From Rhodanobacteraceae bacterium (GTDB lineage Bacteria > Pseudomonadota > Gammaproteobacteria > Xanthomonadales > Rhodanobacteraceae), in assembly GCA_021325475.1 (NCBI GenBank), contig JAJPHA010000058.1, forward strand, positions 4,170 to 68,169: a DNA stretch of 64,000 bases. Reading direction: 5' to 3'. The notes under the pieces are model-generated. The model saw nothing but the letters and a program-made list of their open reading frames with translations, made no database searches and had not been told where the DNA came from. Positions within the stretch are counted from its first letter, which is position 1, and the number at the start of each line of letters is the position of its first letter. Positions 10,428 to 18,166 of the stretch are shown in pieces. Both the position numbers and the translations under genes were made by a program.

Positions 10428-11156
10428 TTACTTCTTCGCGTTCTCCGCGCGCTTGCGCCGCACGTAGTCCAACTCGGCGGCAGCGCGGGAATCGTTCTTG
10501 TCGAGCTCCAGGCAGCGCAGGTACAGCCGTTCCGCGTCGTCGAGCTTGCCGGTTTCGGCGTCCACGAACGCCTCGCCGCGCCAGGCACGCGCAAGTTCGA
10601 TGTCGCGCAGCGCGGGCGGCGAGAACGTCTTCGCGGCCGCCTCGGCCTTCTCAAACGCGCGCATTGCTTCGGGCCAGTTCTTTACGCTTTCGTACTGCGC
10701 GCCGAGTTCTTCAAGGAACGTGGCGTTCTCGGGCGACAGCGCAAGCGCCTTGTCGAGCGTAGCACGCGCCTCGTCGAGCCGGCCGAGATCGTACAGCGCG
10801 TATGCTTTGAGCTTGAAAGCTTCGGCCCAGACCGGGCCGATCACGATCGCGTCCTCGTGGCGCGCCGCTGCATCCGTGAGGTAGTGGATCGTTTCGATCG
10901 GCGTGCGCGCGCTGTATGCCCGTCGCGGGCCGTTGCCCCAGCGACGTTCGAACGTCGCGATGATCGGATCGAGTGCGCGATCGATCGCTTGCTCCGGCAT
11001 GCCGGCCTTGATCGCGAGATACGCGTCGCGGATCAGCTCCTCCTGTTCCGCATCGGGATTTCGTGCGCGTGGCGCTGCGGCTGTCGGCGGCGACGGCGGT
11101 TGCGCCGCGCAACCGGCGAGCAGCAGCAGCGCGGGCAGCAGCCGGCGTGCGAGCAT
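10428..11156 (-). CDS. TPR-repeat lipoprotein
   Basis: The internal ATG at 11156 gives MLARRLLPALLLLAGC (lipobox). TPR-like helices follow (YALYDLGRLDEARATLDKALALSPENA...). It is the last gene of a same-strand four-gene cluster. Confidence 0.7.
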   Translation of the reverse strand: MLARRLLPALLLLAGCAAQPPSPPTAAAPRARNPDAEQEELIRDAYLAIKAGMPEQAIDRALDPIIATFERRWGNGPRRAYSARTPIETIHYLTDAAARHEDAIVIGPVWAEAFKLKAYALYDLGRLDEARATLDKALALSPENATFLEELGAQYESVKNWPEAMRAFEKAEAAAKTFSPPALRDIELARAWRGEAFVDAETGKLDDAERLYLRCLELDKNDSRAAAELDYVRRKRAENAKK

Positions 11157-11224
11157 GGTCTCTCCCCACGGCGATGGCGCAGCGATTGTGCAGAGGCGCG
11201 TCAAGCGATGCAACGCGTCGCGGC

Positions 11225-11905
11225 TCAGCGGTCGGCTTCGATCAGGTCGATGTACTGGAAACGTCCGTCGCGCAGCACGCGCGCGCCGCGGCGGAGCGGA
11301 ATCGGCGCGCGGAACAGCGGGCTGGCGTGTACGCAGGTGTGGAACTCGCCGCGTTCGCCGCAGGGATCGCAGCTCGGTGGCAGTTCGGCGAGCAGCGCGG
11401 CGTCGTAGTCGCGGCCGCAGAAGCGCGCGTCGAGCTGTTCGGTGTCCACGCAGCTCAGGATCGCACGATGACCGCGCGCGAGGAAATGCCGCGCCAGCCG
11501 TGCGGTGTCCTCGCCCCACAGCGGATACGTGCCGCGCCAGCCGAGGCGCGCGAGCAGGGCGTCGCGGTAGGCGCGCACGTCGGCCAGGAACAGGTCGCCG
11601 AAGGCGATGTCGGCGAGGTCCGGTTCGCGCTCGCGCGCGGCGGCGAGCGCCCGCGCGAAGGCGGCCTCGTAGGTCTCGTTGGTGGCTTGCGGCGGGATCG
11701 TCGCCTCGATCAACGGCAGCGCCAGCGCCGCGGCTTGGCGGTGCAGGATCGCGCGCCGCACGCCGTGGATGGCGATGCGGTCGTAGCCTTCGGTGACGGT
11801 GGTGACGAGTCCGGCCACGCGCCAGCGCGGCTCCGCGCGCAGGCGTTCGAGCGCGAGCGCGGAATCCTTGCCGCCGCTCCAGGCGAGCAGGATCGGCGTC
11901 GCCAT
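11225..11905 (-). CDS. PP-loop ATP pyrophosphatase, Dph6/MJ0570-related (adenine nucleotide alpha-hydrolase fold)
   Basis: It has a PP-loop motif, AWSGGKDSALAL, at the N-terminus. At 226 aa its size and layout fit bacterial Dph6-related proteins of unknown function. It starts 6 nt after the response-regulator stop. Confidence 0.7.
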   Translation of the reverse strand: MATPILLAWSGGKDSALALERLRAEPRWRVAGLVTTVTEGYDRIAIHGVRRAILHRQAAALALPLIEATIPPQATNETYEAAFARALAAAREREPDLADIAFGDLFLADVRAYRDALLARLGWRGTYPLWGEDTARLARHFLARGHRAILSCVDTEQLDARFCGRDYDAALLAELPPSCDPCGERGEFHTCVHASPLFRAPIPLRRGARVLRDGRFQYIDLIEADR

Positions 11906-11911
11906 GCCGGG

Positions 11912-12853
11912 TTACACGCGCGCGGCGCCGAGCAGCCGGCCGGGCAGCGAGCGGATGCGGTTGAGCAGCGCCGCCGGCAGGCGCAGCGGCGAGGTCGTGC
12001 TGTGCTCCGACGGCGGTGCGGCGGTGAAGCGGCGCGCCGCCTGCGGATTCTGCTTGAGCTGCCAGTAGCGGCCGATCGCCGAATCCACGCTCAACCGGCA
12101 GGTGCCCATGCGCACCGGCTTGAGCAGCATGCGGTAGACCTGGCCTTCGTTGATCAGCTCGATCGCGGTCTGCGCGTTGGCGCGCTCGGTGAGCACGACC
12201 GTGGCGATGTGCGGATGGTGCAGCTTGAGCGCCTTGAGCAGGCCGGTCAGATCGTTGCGCCCGGCCTGGGTTTCGGAGATCACCACCGCGGTCTCCTGCT
12301 GCTCCATGATCTGCAAGGCGCGCTCGGCGGAGTTGGCGAAATTCACCTTGTAGTACGGTTGCAGGATCTCGCGCAGCCGCTGCTGCACGGCGGCGTCGCT
12401 CTCGATCACCAGCACACCGACGGCGCTGCGCGCGCGATCGTGTTCGGTCGGCGGCAGCGCGTCGCGGGCGATCACCGGCGCCTCGCGCGCGATCTGCCCG
12501 GCCTCGGTGACCAGCGCCTTCAGCTCGGCGTTGTTCCACGGCTTGTTGACGAAGCGGAACACCTCGCTTTCGTTGACCGAACCGAGCACGGCCTTGAGGT
12601 CGGAGTAGCCGGTGAGCAGGATGCGCAGCGCGCGCGGATGGCTCTCCTTGATCTCGCGCAATACCTCGATGCCGGGCTTCTCCGGCATGCGCTGGTCGCA
12701 GATCACCACGTCGACGTCGTGCTGCCGGGCGAGCGCGACGGCTTGCAGCGGATCGGTGGTCGCGAAGGTGACGTGCTCGCGCAGCAGCGCCCGCAACGCG
12801 CGCAGGATGCGCTCTTCGTCGTCGATCAGCAGGATGCGCAGCGGATCGCTCAC
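11912..12853 (-). CDS. response regulator with one canonical receiver and one degenerate receiver-like domain, no output domain
   Basis: The first receiver reads ILLIDDEE...DVVICDQRMP...LTGY..KPW. The second domain has VVISETQ where the acceptor Asp is expected. The start is GTG 12853, with GGGAG upstream. Confidence 0.8.
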   Translation of the reverse strand: MSDPLRILLIDDEERILRALRALLREHVTFATTDPLQAVALARQHDVDVVICDQRMPEKPGIEVLREIKESHPRALRILLTGYSDLKAVLGSVNESEVFRFVNKPWNNAELKALVTEAGQIAREAPVIARDALPPTEHDRARSAVGVLVIESDAAVQQRLREILQPYYKVNFANSAERALQIMEQQETAVVISETQAGRNDLTGLLKALKLHHPHIATVVLTERANAQTAIELINEGQVYRMLLKPVRMGTCRLSVDSAIGRYWQLKQNPQAARRFTAAPPSEHSTTSPLRLPAALLNRIRSLPGRLLGAARV

Positions 12854-12868
12854 GGGGGTCTCGCTCCC

Positions 12869-13900
12869 TCAGGCGGCGTTGGCCGCGACGGCGGCCGGGC
12901 CGGTCGCGGCGGCACCGTCCACCGGCAGGCTAACGGTGAACACCGAGCCTTTCCTTGGTGTCGTTCGCACTTTGATCGAGCCGCCGTGGCCCTTGACGAT
13001 CTTGTGCACGATCGACAGGCCGAGCCCGGTGCCCTCGCCGACCGGCTTGGTGGTGAAGAACGGATCGAAGATCTTCGGCAGCACGTCATCGGGGATGCCG
13101 CAGCCGGTGTCGGCGAAGCTGATCTCGACCTCCTTCGGCGTGGCGCGGCTCTCGATGGTGAGCGTGCCCTCGCCGTCGATCGCCTGCGCCGCGTTGGTGA
13201 TGAGATTGAGGAACACCTGGTTCATCTGCGAGGCCATGCAGCGCACCTTCGGCAGCGGTTGCAGGTGCTTGACCACCCGCACGCGATCGCGCAACTGGTG
13301 CTGGGCGATGCTGAGCGCGCTCTCGATGCCCTCGTTGAGATCGACCAGATCCATGCCGTCGCGATCCACCCGCGAGAAGCCCTTCAGGTTCTGCACCAGG
13401 CTGGCGAGCTGGGTCAGGCCGTCGCTGGCGTCCTTGAGCAGCTCCTTGGCATCGCTGAGCAGCGGGCTCTTCTCGAGGGTCGCGCGCGCCTCGAACAGCT
13501 TGCGCCGCGCTTCCTCGACGTGCTTGACCAGCTTGTCGAGACTCGCCTTGTCGGCGCCGAAGATCAGATCCACCGGCTGCAGGCAGTACTGCACCGCGGC
13601 GTCGTATTGCTTGACCAGCTTGCGGTAGTCGTCGAGCAGGTCGGCGACCACCTCGACGTTGCTCTTGACGAAGCCGAGCGGCGTGTTGATCTCGTGCGCC
13701 ACCCCGGCCACCATCTGCCCGAGCGAGGCGAGCTTGGTGGTGTGGATCACCTGCGACTGGGTCGCCTGCAGGCGCTTGATTTCCTCCTCGGCGTCGCGCT
13801 GGCGTGCGACCAGCGCGGCGTTGCCCTGGCGTTCCCGGAACCAGAGAAAGCCGAGCGCAGCGCAGGCGCAGAGCAGCAGTACCACGATAGCCCACAGCAT
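12869..13900 (-). CDS. sensor histidine kinase (single N-terminal TM, HisKA, HATPase_c)
   Basis: The internal ATG at 13900 gives MLWAIVVLLLCACAALGFLWF. The H-box is MVAGVAHEINTPL, the N-box is NLITNAAQA and the G-boxes are DTGCGI and GTGLGLS. Confidence 0.85.
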   Translation of the reverse strand: MLWAIVVLLLCACAALGFLWFRERQGNAALVARQRDAEEEIKRLQATQSQVIHTTKLASLGQMVAGVAHEINTPLGFVKSNVEVVADLLDDYRKLVKQYDAAVQYCLQPVDLIFGADKASLDKLVKHVEEARRKLFEARATLEKSPLLSDAKELLKDASDGLTQLASLVQNLKGFSRVDRDGMDLVDLNEGIESALSIAQHQLRDRVRVVKHLQPLPKVRCMASQMNQVFLNLITNAAQAIDGEGTLTIESRATPKEVEISFADTGCGIPDDVLPKIFDPFFTTKPVGEGTGLGLSIVHKIVKGHGGSIKVRTTPRKGSVFTVSLPVDGAAATGPAAVAANAA

Positions 13901-14077
13901 CGGCGCACCTCCAATGGGCCGCAGTATAAATGCCAAATCCCGCCATCGCGTCAACCGCAGCGGTGGCGCCCGGCCCGCGACCGCGGACGGCGGGACCCGG
14001 CACCGGCGGCACTTGACGGCCGCCGCGGCCGCGCCCGACCCTAGCCGCAGTCTGCCAAGCGCGGTCGCGGAGGTTCT

Positions 14078-15412
14078 GTGAAAGCCATCATCCTCGCGGT
14101 GTTCCTTGCCGGTCTCGGTCTCGCCGGCGCGGCCTCGGCGCTCGCCGCCGCCCCATCCGGGCGCGATCTGCCGCCCGGTCTCGTCATCCCCGAGGCGGCG
14201 CGGCCGGGACCGGACTTCGACGTCGAGCGCGCCACCGCCGCCTACCTCGAGCTGCTCTCGCCGGAGCAGCGCCGGCTGTCGGACGCCTACTTCGAGGGCG
14301 GCTACTGGCTGCAACTGTTCGGCTTCCTCTACGGCCTCGGCGTGGCCGCGCTGCTCCTCTGGGGCGGAATCTCGCGGCGTTTGCGCGAGCTCGCGCGTCG
14401 TCTGAGTGCGCGGCCCTGGCTGTATACCTGGGCGTATGGGGTGCTCGCCGTGCTCGCCTGGTTCGTGCTCGACCTGCCGTGGTCGATCTATGCCGACTTC
14501 GTGCGCGAGCACCAGTACGGCCTCGCCACGCAGGACTTCGCCGGCTGGTTCGGCGACGCGCTGAAGTCGCTCCTGGTGAGCGCGATCGTCGTGCCGCCGG
14601 CGCTGGTCGCGGTCTATGCCGCGGTGCGCCGCGCCGGCGCGCGCTGGTGGATCGTCGCCAGCGGGCTCGCCTTCGTGTTCGCGCTGATCGCGCTGATGCT
14701 GGCGCCGGTCTATGTCGAGCCGCTGTTCAACACCTACCGGCCGCTGCGCGAGGGACCGGTGCGCGAGGCGGTGCTGTCGCTGGCGCGGGCGAACGGGGTG
14801 CCGACCGATCACGTGGTCGAGTTCGACGCCTCGCGCCAGACCACGCGCATCAGCGCCAACGTCGCCGGCTTCGCCGGCACGACCCGCATCGCGCTCAACG
14901 ACAATCTGCTCGACAAGACCTCGCTGCCCGAGATCAAGGCCGTGCTCGGCCACGAGATGGGGCACTACGTGCTCAACCACGGTTTGCGTCTGACGGTCTA
15001 CCTCACGCTGGTGTTCGCGCTCGGTTTCTGGGTCGTGCATCGTCTGCTCGACGCCGCGCTCGCGCGTCTCGGCCCGCGGCTCGGGCTCGAGAACCGCGGC
15101 GATCCGGCGGCCCTGCCGCTGGCGGTGGCGATCTTTTCGGCGTTCCTGTTGCTCGCCACGCCGCTGCTCAATTCGATCGTGCGCCAGGCCGAGGCCGAGG
15201 CCGACGCCTTCGGCCTGAACGCGGCGCGCGAGCCGCACGGCTTCGCCATGGCGGCGATCCGGCTGTCGGCCTACCGCAAACTCCATCCGGGGCCGCTCGA
15301 GGAGATCGTGTTCTACGACCATCCGAGCGGCTATGCGCGCGTGCATGCGGCGATGACCTGGTTCCGGGAAAACCAGGACAACCCGACGGCGAACGCGCCG
15401 CCGACGCGGTAG
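14078..15412 (+). CDS. M48 family (Ste24-like) zinc metallopeptidase
   Basis: It carries an HEMGHYVLNH zincin motif and several TM segments. The C-terminal motif EAEADAFG is typical of M48 peptidases. The start is a GTG. Confidence 0.85.
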   Translation: MKAIILAVFLAGLGLAGAASALAAAPSGRDLPPGLVIPEAARPGPDFDVERATAAYLELLSPEQRRLSDAYFEGGYWLQLFGFLYGLGVAALLLWGGISRRLRELARRLSARPWLYTWAYGVLAVLAWFVLDLPWSIYADFVREHQYGLATQDFAGWFGDALKSLLVSAIVVPPALVAVYAAVRRAGARWWIVASGLAFVFALIALMLAPVYVEPLFNTYRPLREGPVREAVLSLARANGVPTDHVVEFDASRQTTRISANVAGFAGTTRIALNDNLLDKTSLPEIKAVLGHEMGHYVLNHGLRLTVYLTLVFALGFWVVHRLLDAALARLGPRLGLENRGDPAALPLAVAIFSAFLLLATPLLNSIVRQAEAEADAFGLNAAREPHGFAMAAIRLSAYRKLHPGPLEEIVFYDHPSGYARVHAAMTWFRENQDNPTANAPPTR

Positions 15413-15529
15413 GAGTCGAGGCGCGGCGCGGTCAGTGTGCGTTTATCCTCGCCTGTCAACGCCGGCCCGGGGGTTGCGTTGTTGCCGCCCGAACCCCGTG
15501 ATTTTTCGTCAACCCTCGAGGAGACCATC

Positions 15530-16123
15530 ATGAAACGCAGTCTGATCGCCCTTGCCGCGGTCCTTGCCTTCGGCGCCGCCCAGGCCCAGGAGTCGGGTGC
15601 GGCGGTGGAGACCCAGCGCAACGCCAATCAGCAGGAACGCATCGAGCAGGGCTTGCAGTCCGGTGAGCTTTCGACCCGCGAGGCCGGCAAGCTCGAACGC
15701 CAGGAGCAGCACATCGACCAGCAGGAGGCGCGCGATCTCAAGCAGGGCGGCGCGCTGACGCCGCAGGAGAAGGCGCAGATCAACCGCGAACAGAACCAGG
15801 TCAGCCGCGAGATCTACAACAAGAAGCACAATGCCGTTACCGGCAATCCGAACTCGGCTTCGTCGCGGCGCCTGCAGGCCGACGTCCAGCGCAATGCCAA
15901 TCAGCAGCAGCGCATCGCCAACGGCGTCGAGTCCGGCCAGTTGACCAACCGCGAGGCCGGGCACCTCGAGGCCGGGCAGGCGCGCGTCAACCGCGCCGAA
16001 GCCAACGCCGCCGCGAACGGCCGCGTCGGCGCGGGCGAACAGGCGCGCATCCAGGGCAAGGAAAACGTCCAGAGCAAGCGCATCTACGACAAGAAGCACA
16101 ACGAGCGCACCCGCGGCAATTGA
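15530..16123 (+). CDS. secreted protein with an internal tandem duplication, function unknown
   Basis: The signal peptide is MKRSLIALAAVLAFGAAQA. Two modules of about 75 aa follow, each starting QRNANQQxRI..G..SG.L..REAG.LE and ending ..IY(N/D)KKHN. Confidence 0.6.
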   Translation: MKRSLIALAAVLAFGAAQAQESGAAVETQRNANQQERIEQGLQSGELSTREAGKLERQEQHIDQQEARDLKQGGALTPQEKAQINREQNQVSREIYNKKHNAVTGNPNSASSRRLQADVQRNANQQQRIANGVESGQLTNREAGHLEAGQARVNRAEANAAANGRVGAGEQARIQGKENVQSKRIYDKKHNERTRGN

Positions 16124-16148
16124 GCCGGAGCGCCGAAGGCACCGCGAC

Positions 16149-16176
16149 GGGCGCCGGGACGGCGCCCGTTTCGTTT
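16149..16176 (+). terminator. intrinsic terminator-like hairpin after the repeat-protein gene
   Basis: GGGCGCCG-GGA-CGGCGCCC forms an 8-bp GC stem and is followed by GTTTCGTTTG. Confidence 0.55.
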
Positions 16177-16248
16177 GCCGGCGCCTCGTGCGCGGATTTC
16201 CCGGCTCGTGGCACAATCGCCGGCGCCGCCGCAACGCCGGGAGGAGTC

Positions 16249-17595
16249 ATGGCCGACATTCGCGAAGTCAAAGTGCCGGACATCGGCAACTACACGAACG
16301 TCCCGGTCATCGAGGTGCTGGTCAAGGCCGGCGACCGCGTCGCCAAGGATCAGGGTCTGGTCACGCTGGAATCGGACAAGGCGACGATGGAGGTGCCGTC
16401 GTCGGTCGCCGGGGTCGTGCGGGACGTCAAGGTCAAGCTCGGCGATGAGGTCTCCGAAGGCAGCGTCGTCGCCCTGATCGAGGTCGGCGAGGGCGCCGCC
16501 GCATCGCCGCCGGCGCCGACCGCGCCGGCGCAACCCGCGTCGCCGCCCGCGCCCGCGCCGGCGCAAGCGGAGCGGGCGGCCGTTCCGTCACCGCCGGCAG
16601 CGGCGTCCGCGCCGACACCCGCCGCGGCGCCCGCCGCCGCGCCGCCGCCGCGCGCCTTCGGCGCGGAGGCCGTGCGGCCGGACAAGGTGCCATACGCGAG
16701 CCCGGCCGTGCGCCGGTTCGCGCGCGAGCTCGGCGTCGATCTGCACCAGGTCACCGGCAGTGGCCGCAAGGGCCGCATCGGCCGCGAGGACGTGCAGGCC
16801 TTCGTCAAACAGGCGCTCGCCGGCAGCGCCCCGGCGCGCGCGCCGGCCGCGGGGGGGCTCACCCTGCTGCCGTGGCCGAGTGTGGATTTTTCCAAATTTG
16901 GAGAAGTGGAAACCAGGCCGCTGTCCAAGATCAAGAAGGTCTCGGGCGCGAATCTGGCGCGCAACTGGGCGATGATCCCGCACGTCACCCAGCACGACCT
17001 CGCCGACATCACCGAGCTCGAGGCGCTGCGCGTGGCGTTGAACAAGGAGCACGAGAAGGCCGGCATCAAGTTCACCCTGCTCGGCTTCCTGATCAAGGCG
17101 GTGGTCGCGGCGCTGAGGAAATACCCGGAGTTCAACGCCTCGCTGGATGCCACCGGCGAGAATCTGATTCTCAAGAAGTACTTCCACATCGGCTTCGCCG
17201 CGGATACGCCGAACGGCCTGGTCGTGCCGGTGCTGCGCGACGCCGACAAGAAGGGCATCGTCGAGATCGCGCAGGAAACCGCCGCGCTCGCGGCGAAGGC
17301 GCGCGAGGGCAAGCTCACGCCGGGCGAGATGTCCGGCGGCTGCTTCTCGATCTCCTCGCTCGGCGGCATCGGCGGCACCGCGTTCACGCCGATCGTCAAT
17401 GCGCCGGAAGTGGCCATCCTCGGTGTATCGAAGTCCTCGATCCAGCCGGTGTGGGACGGCAAGGCGTTCCAGCCGCGGCTGCTGCTGCCGCTGAGCCTGA
17501 GCTACGACCACCGCGTCATCGACGGCGCCGCGGCGGCGCGCTTCACCGCCTACCTCGCGCAATTGCTCGCCGACCTGCGCCGCTGCCTGCTGTGA
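16249..17595 (+). CDS. aceF: dihydrolipoamide acetyltransferase (E2) with a single lipoyl domain
   Basis: The lipoyl motif is LESDKATMEVPS. A Pro/Ala linker, a peripheral-subunit-binding region (ASPAVRRFARELGVDL) and a catalytic domain with SLSYDHRVIDG follow. GGGAGGAG lies upstream of the ATG at 16249. Confidence 0.9.
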   Translation: MADIREVKVPDIGNYTNVPVIEVLVKAGDRVAKDQGLVTLESDKATMEVPSSVAGVVRDVKVKLGDEVSEGSVVALIEVGEGAAASPPAPTAPAQPASPPAPAPAQAERAAVPSPPAAASAPTPAAAPAAAPPPRAFGAEAVRPDKVPYASPAVRRFARELGVDLHQVTGSGRKGRIGREDVQAFVKQALAGSAPARAPAAGGLTLLPWPSVDFSKFGEVETRPLSKIKKVSGANLARNWAMIPHVTQHDLADITELEALRVALNKEHEKAGIKFTLLGFLIKAVVAALRKYPEFNASLDATGENLILKKYFHIGFAADTPNGLVVPVLRDADKKGIVEIAQETAALAAKAREGKLTPGEMSGGCFSISSLGGIGGTAFTPIVNAPEVAILGVSKSSIQPVWDGKAFQPRLLLPLSLSYDHRVIDGAAAARFTAYLAQLLADLRRCLL

Positions 17596-17605
17596 GGCGA
17601 ACGCG

Positions 17606-18166
17606 ATGAACGCCGCCGTCTTCGAGGACATCGAGATCGTCGATCTCGATCTCGGCAAGACCACCTGGTCGCGCACGCATTCGTCCATGCGCACGCTGTA
17701 TCTGCGCCTGAGTCGCGCGCCGGACGTGGCCTGGATCCGCCGCTTCCACGAGGAACGCGAATCGCGCATCGTGCTCAAGCGTCACGGCCTGTGGATCGAG
17801 GACGGCTACTTGGTGTTCGATTGTCTGCTGGCGGACGTCGAGCGGCACCATCTGCCGGATTTCCGTCAGTCCGTTGCCTACGCCAATCGCAAATGCCGCG
17901 AACTGGCCGCGCGCCAGGAAGAGGAGCTGGCGCAAGCGCGGCTGGCCAGCGAAGCCGAGCGGCGCGAGCTCGAACGCCTGCGCGCGCGCGTGCGCCGCGC
18001 CGCCGGCCGCGCCGCACCGGCCGACGCGCCGCCTTCGCCGCCGCCGGCCGCCGCACCGGCGGAGGCGCATCCGGCCGAATTCAACGCCCGTCGCGACGAC
18101 TGGCGCGCGCGCTTCCGCGCCGCGCTCGCCGCGGTCAACAAGGAGCCCGATCGTGTCGAAGACTGA
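17606..18166 (+). CDS. hypothetical protein embedded between E2 and E3 genes
   Basis: The 186-aa ORF has GC3-rich codon usage, GAGG 8 nt upstream of the ATG, and a stop overlapping the lpdA start. It has a compact N-terminal domain, a coiled coil (EEELAQARLASEAERRELERLRARV) and a Pro/Ala linker. Confidence 0.55.
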   Translation: MNAAVFEDIEIVDLDLGKTTWSRTHSSMRTLYLRLSRAPDVAWIRRFHEERESRIVLKRHGLWIEDGYLVFDCLLADVERHHLPDFRQSVAYANRKCRELAARQEEELAQARLASEAERRELERLRARVRRAAGRAAPADAPPSPPPAAAPAEAHPAEFNARRDDWRARFRAALAAVNKEPDRVED

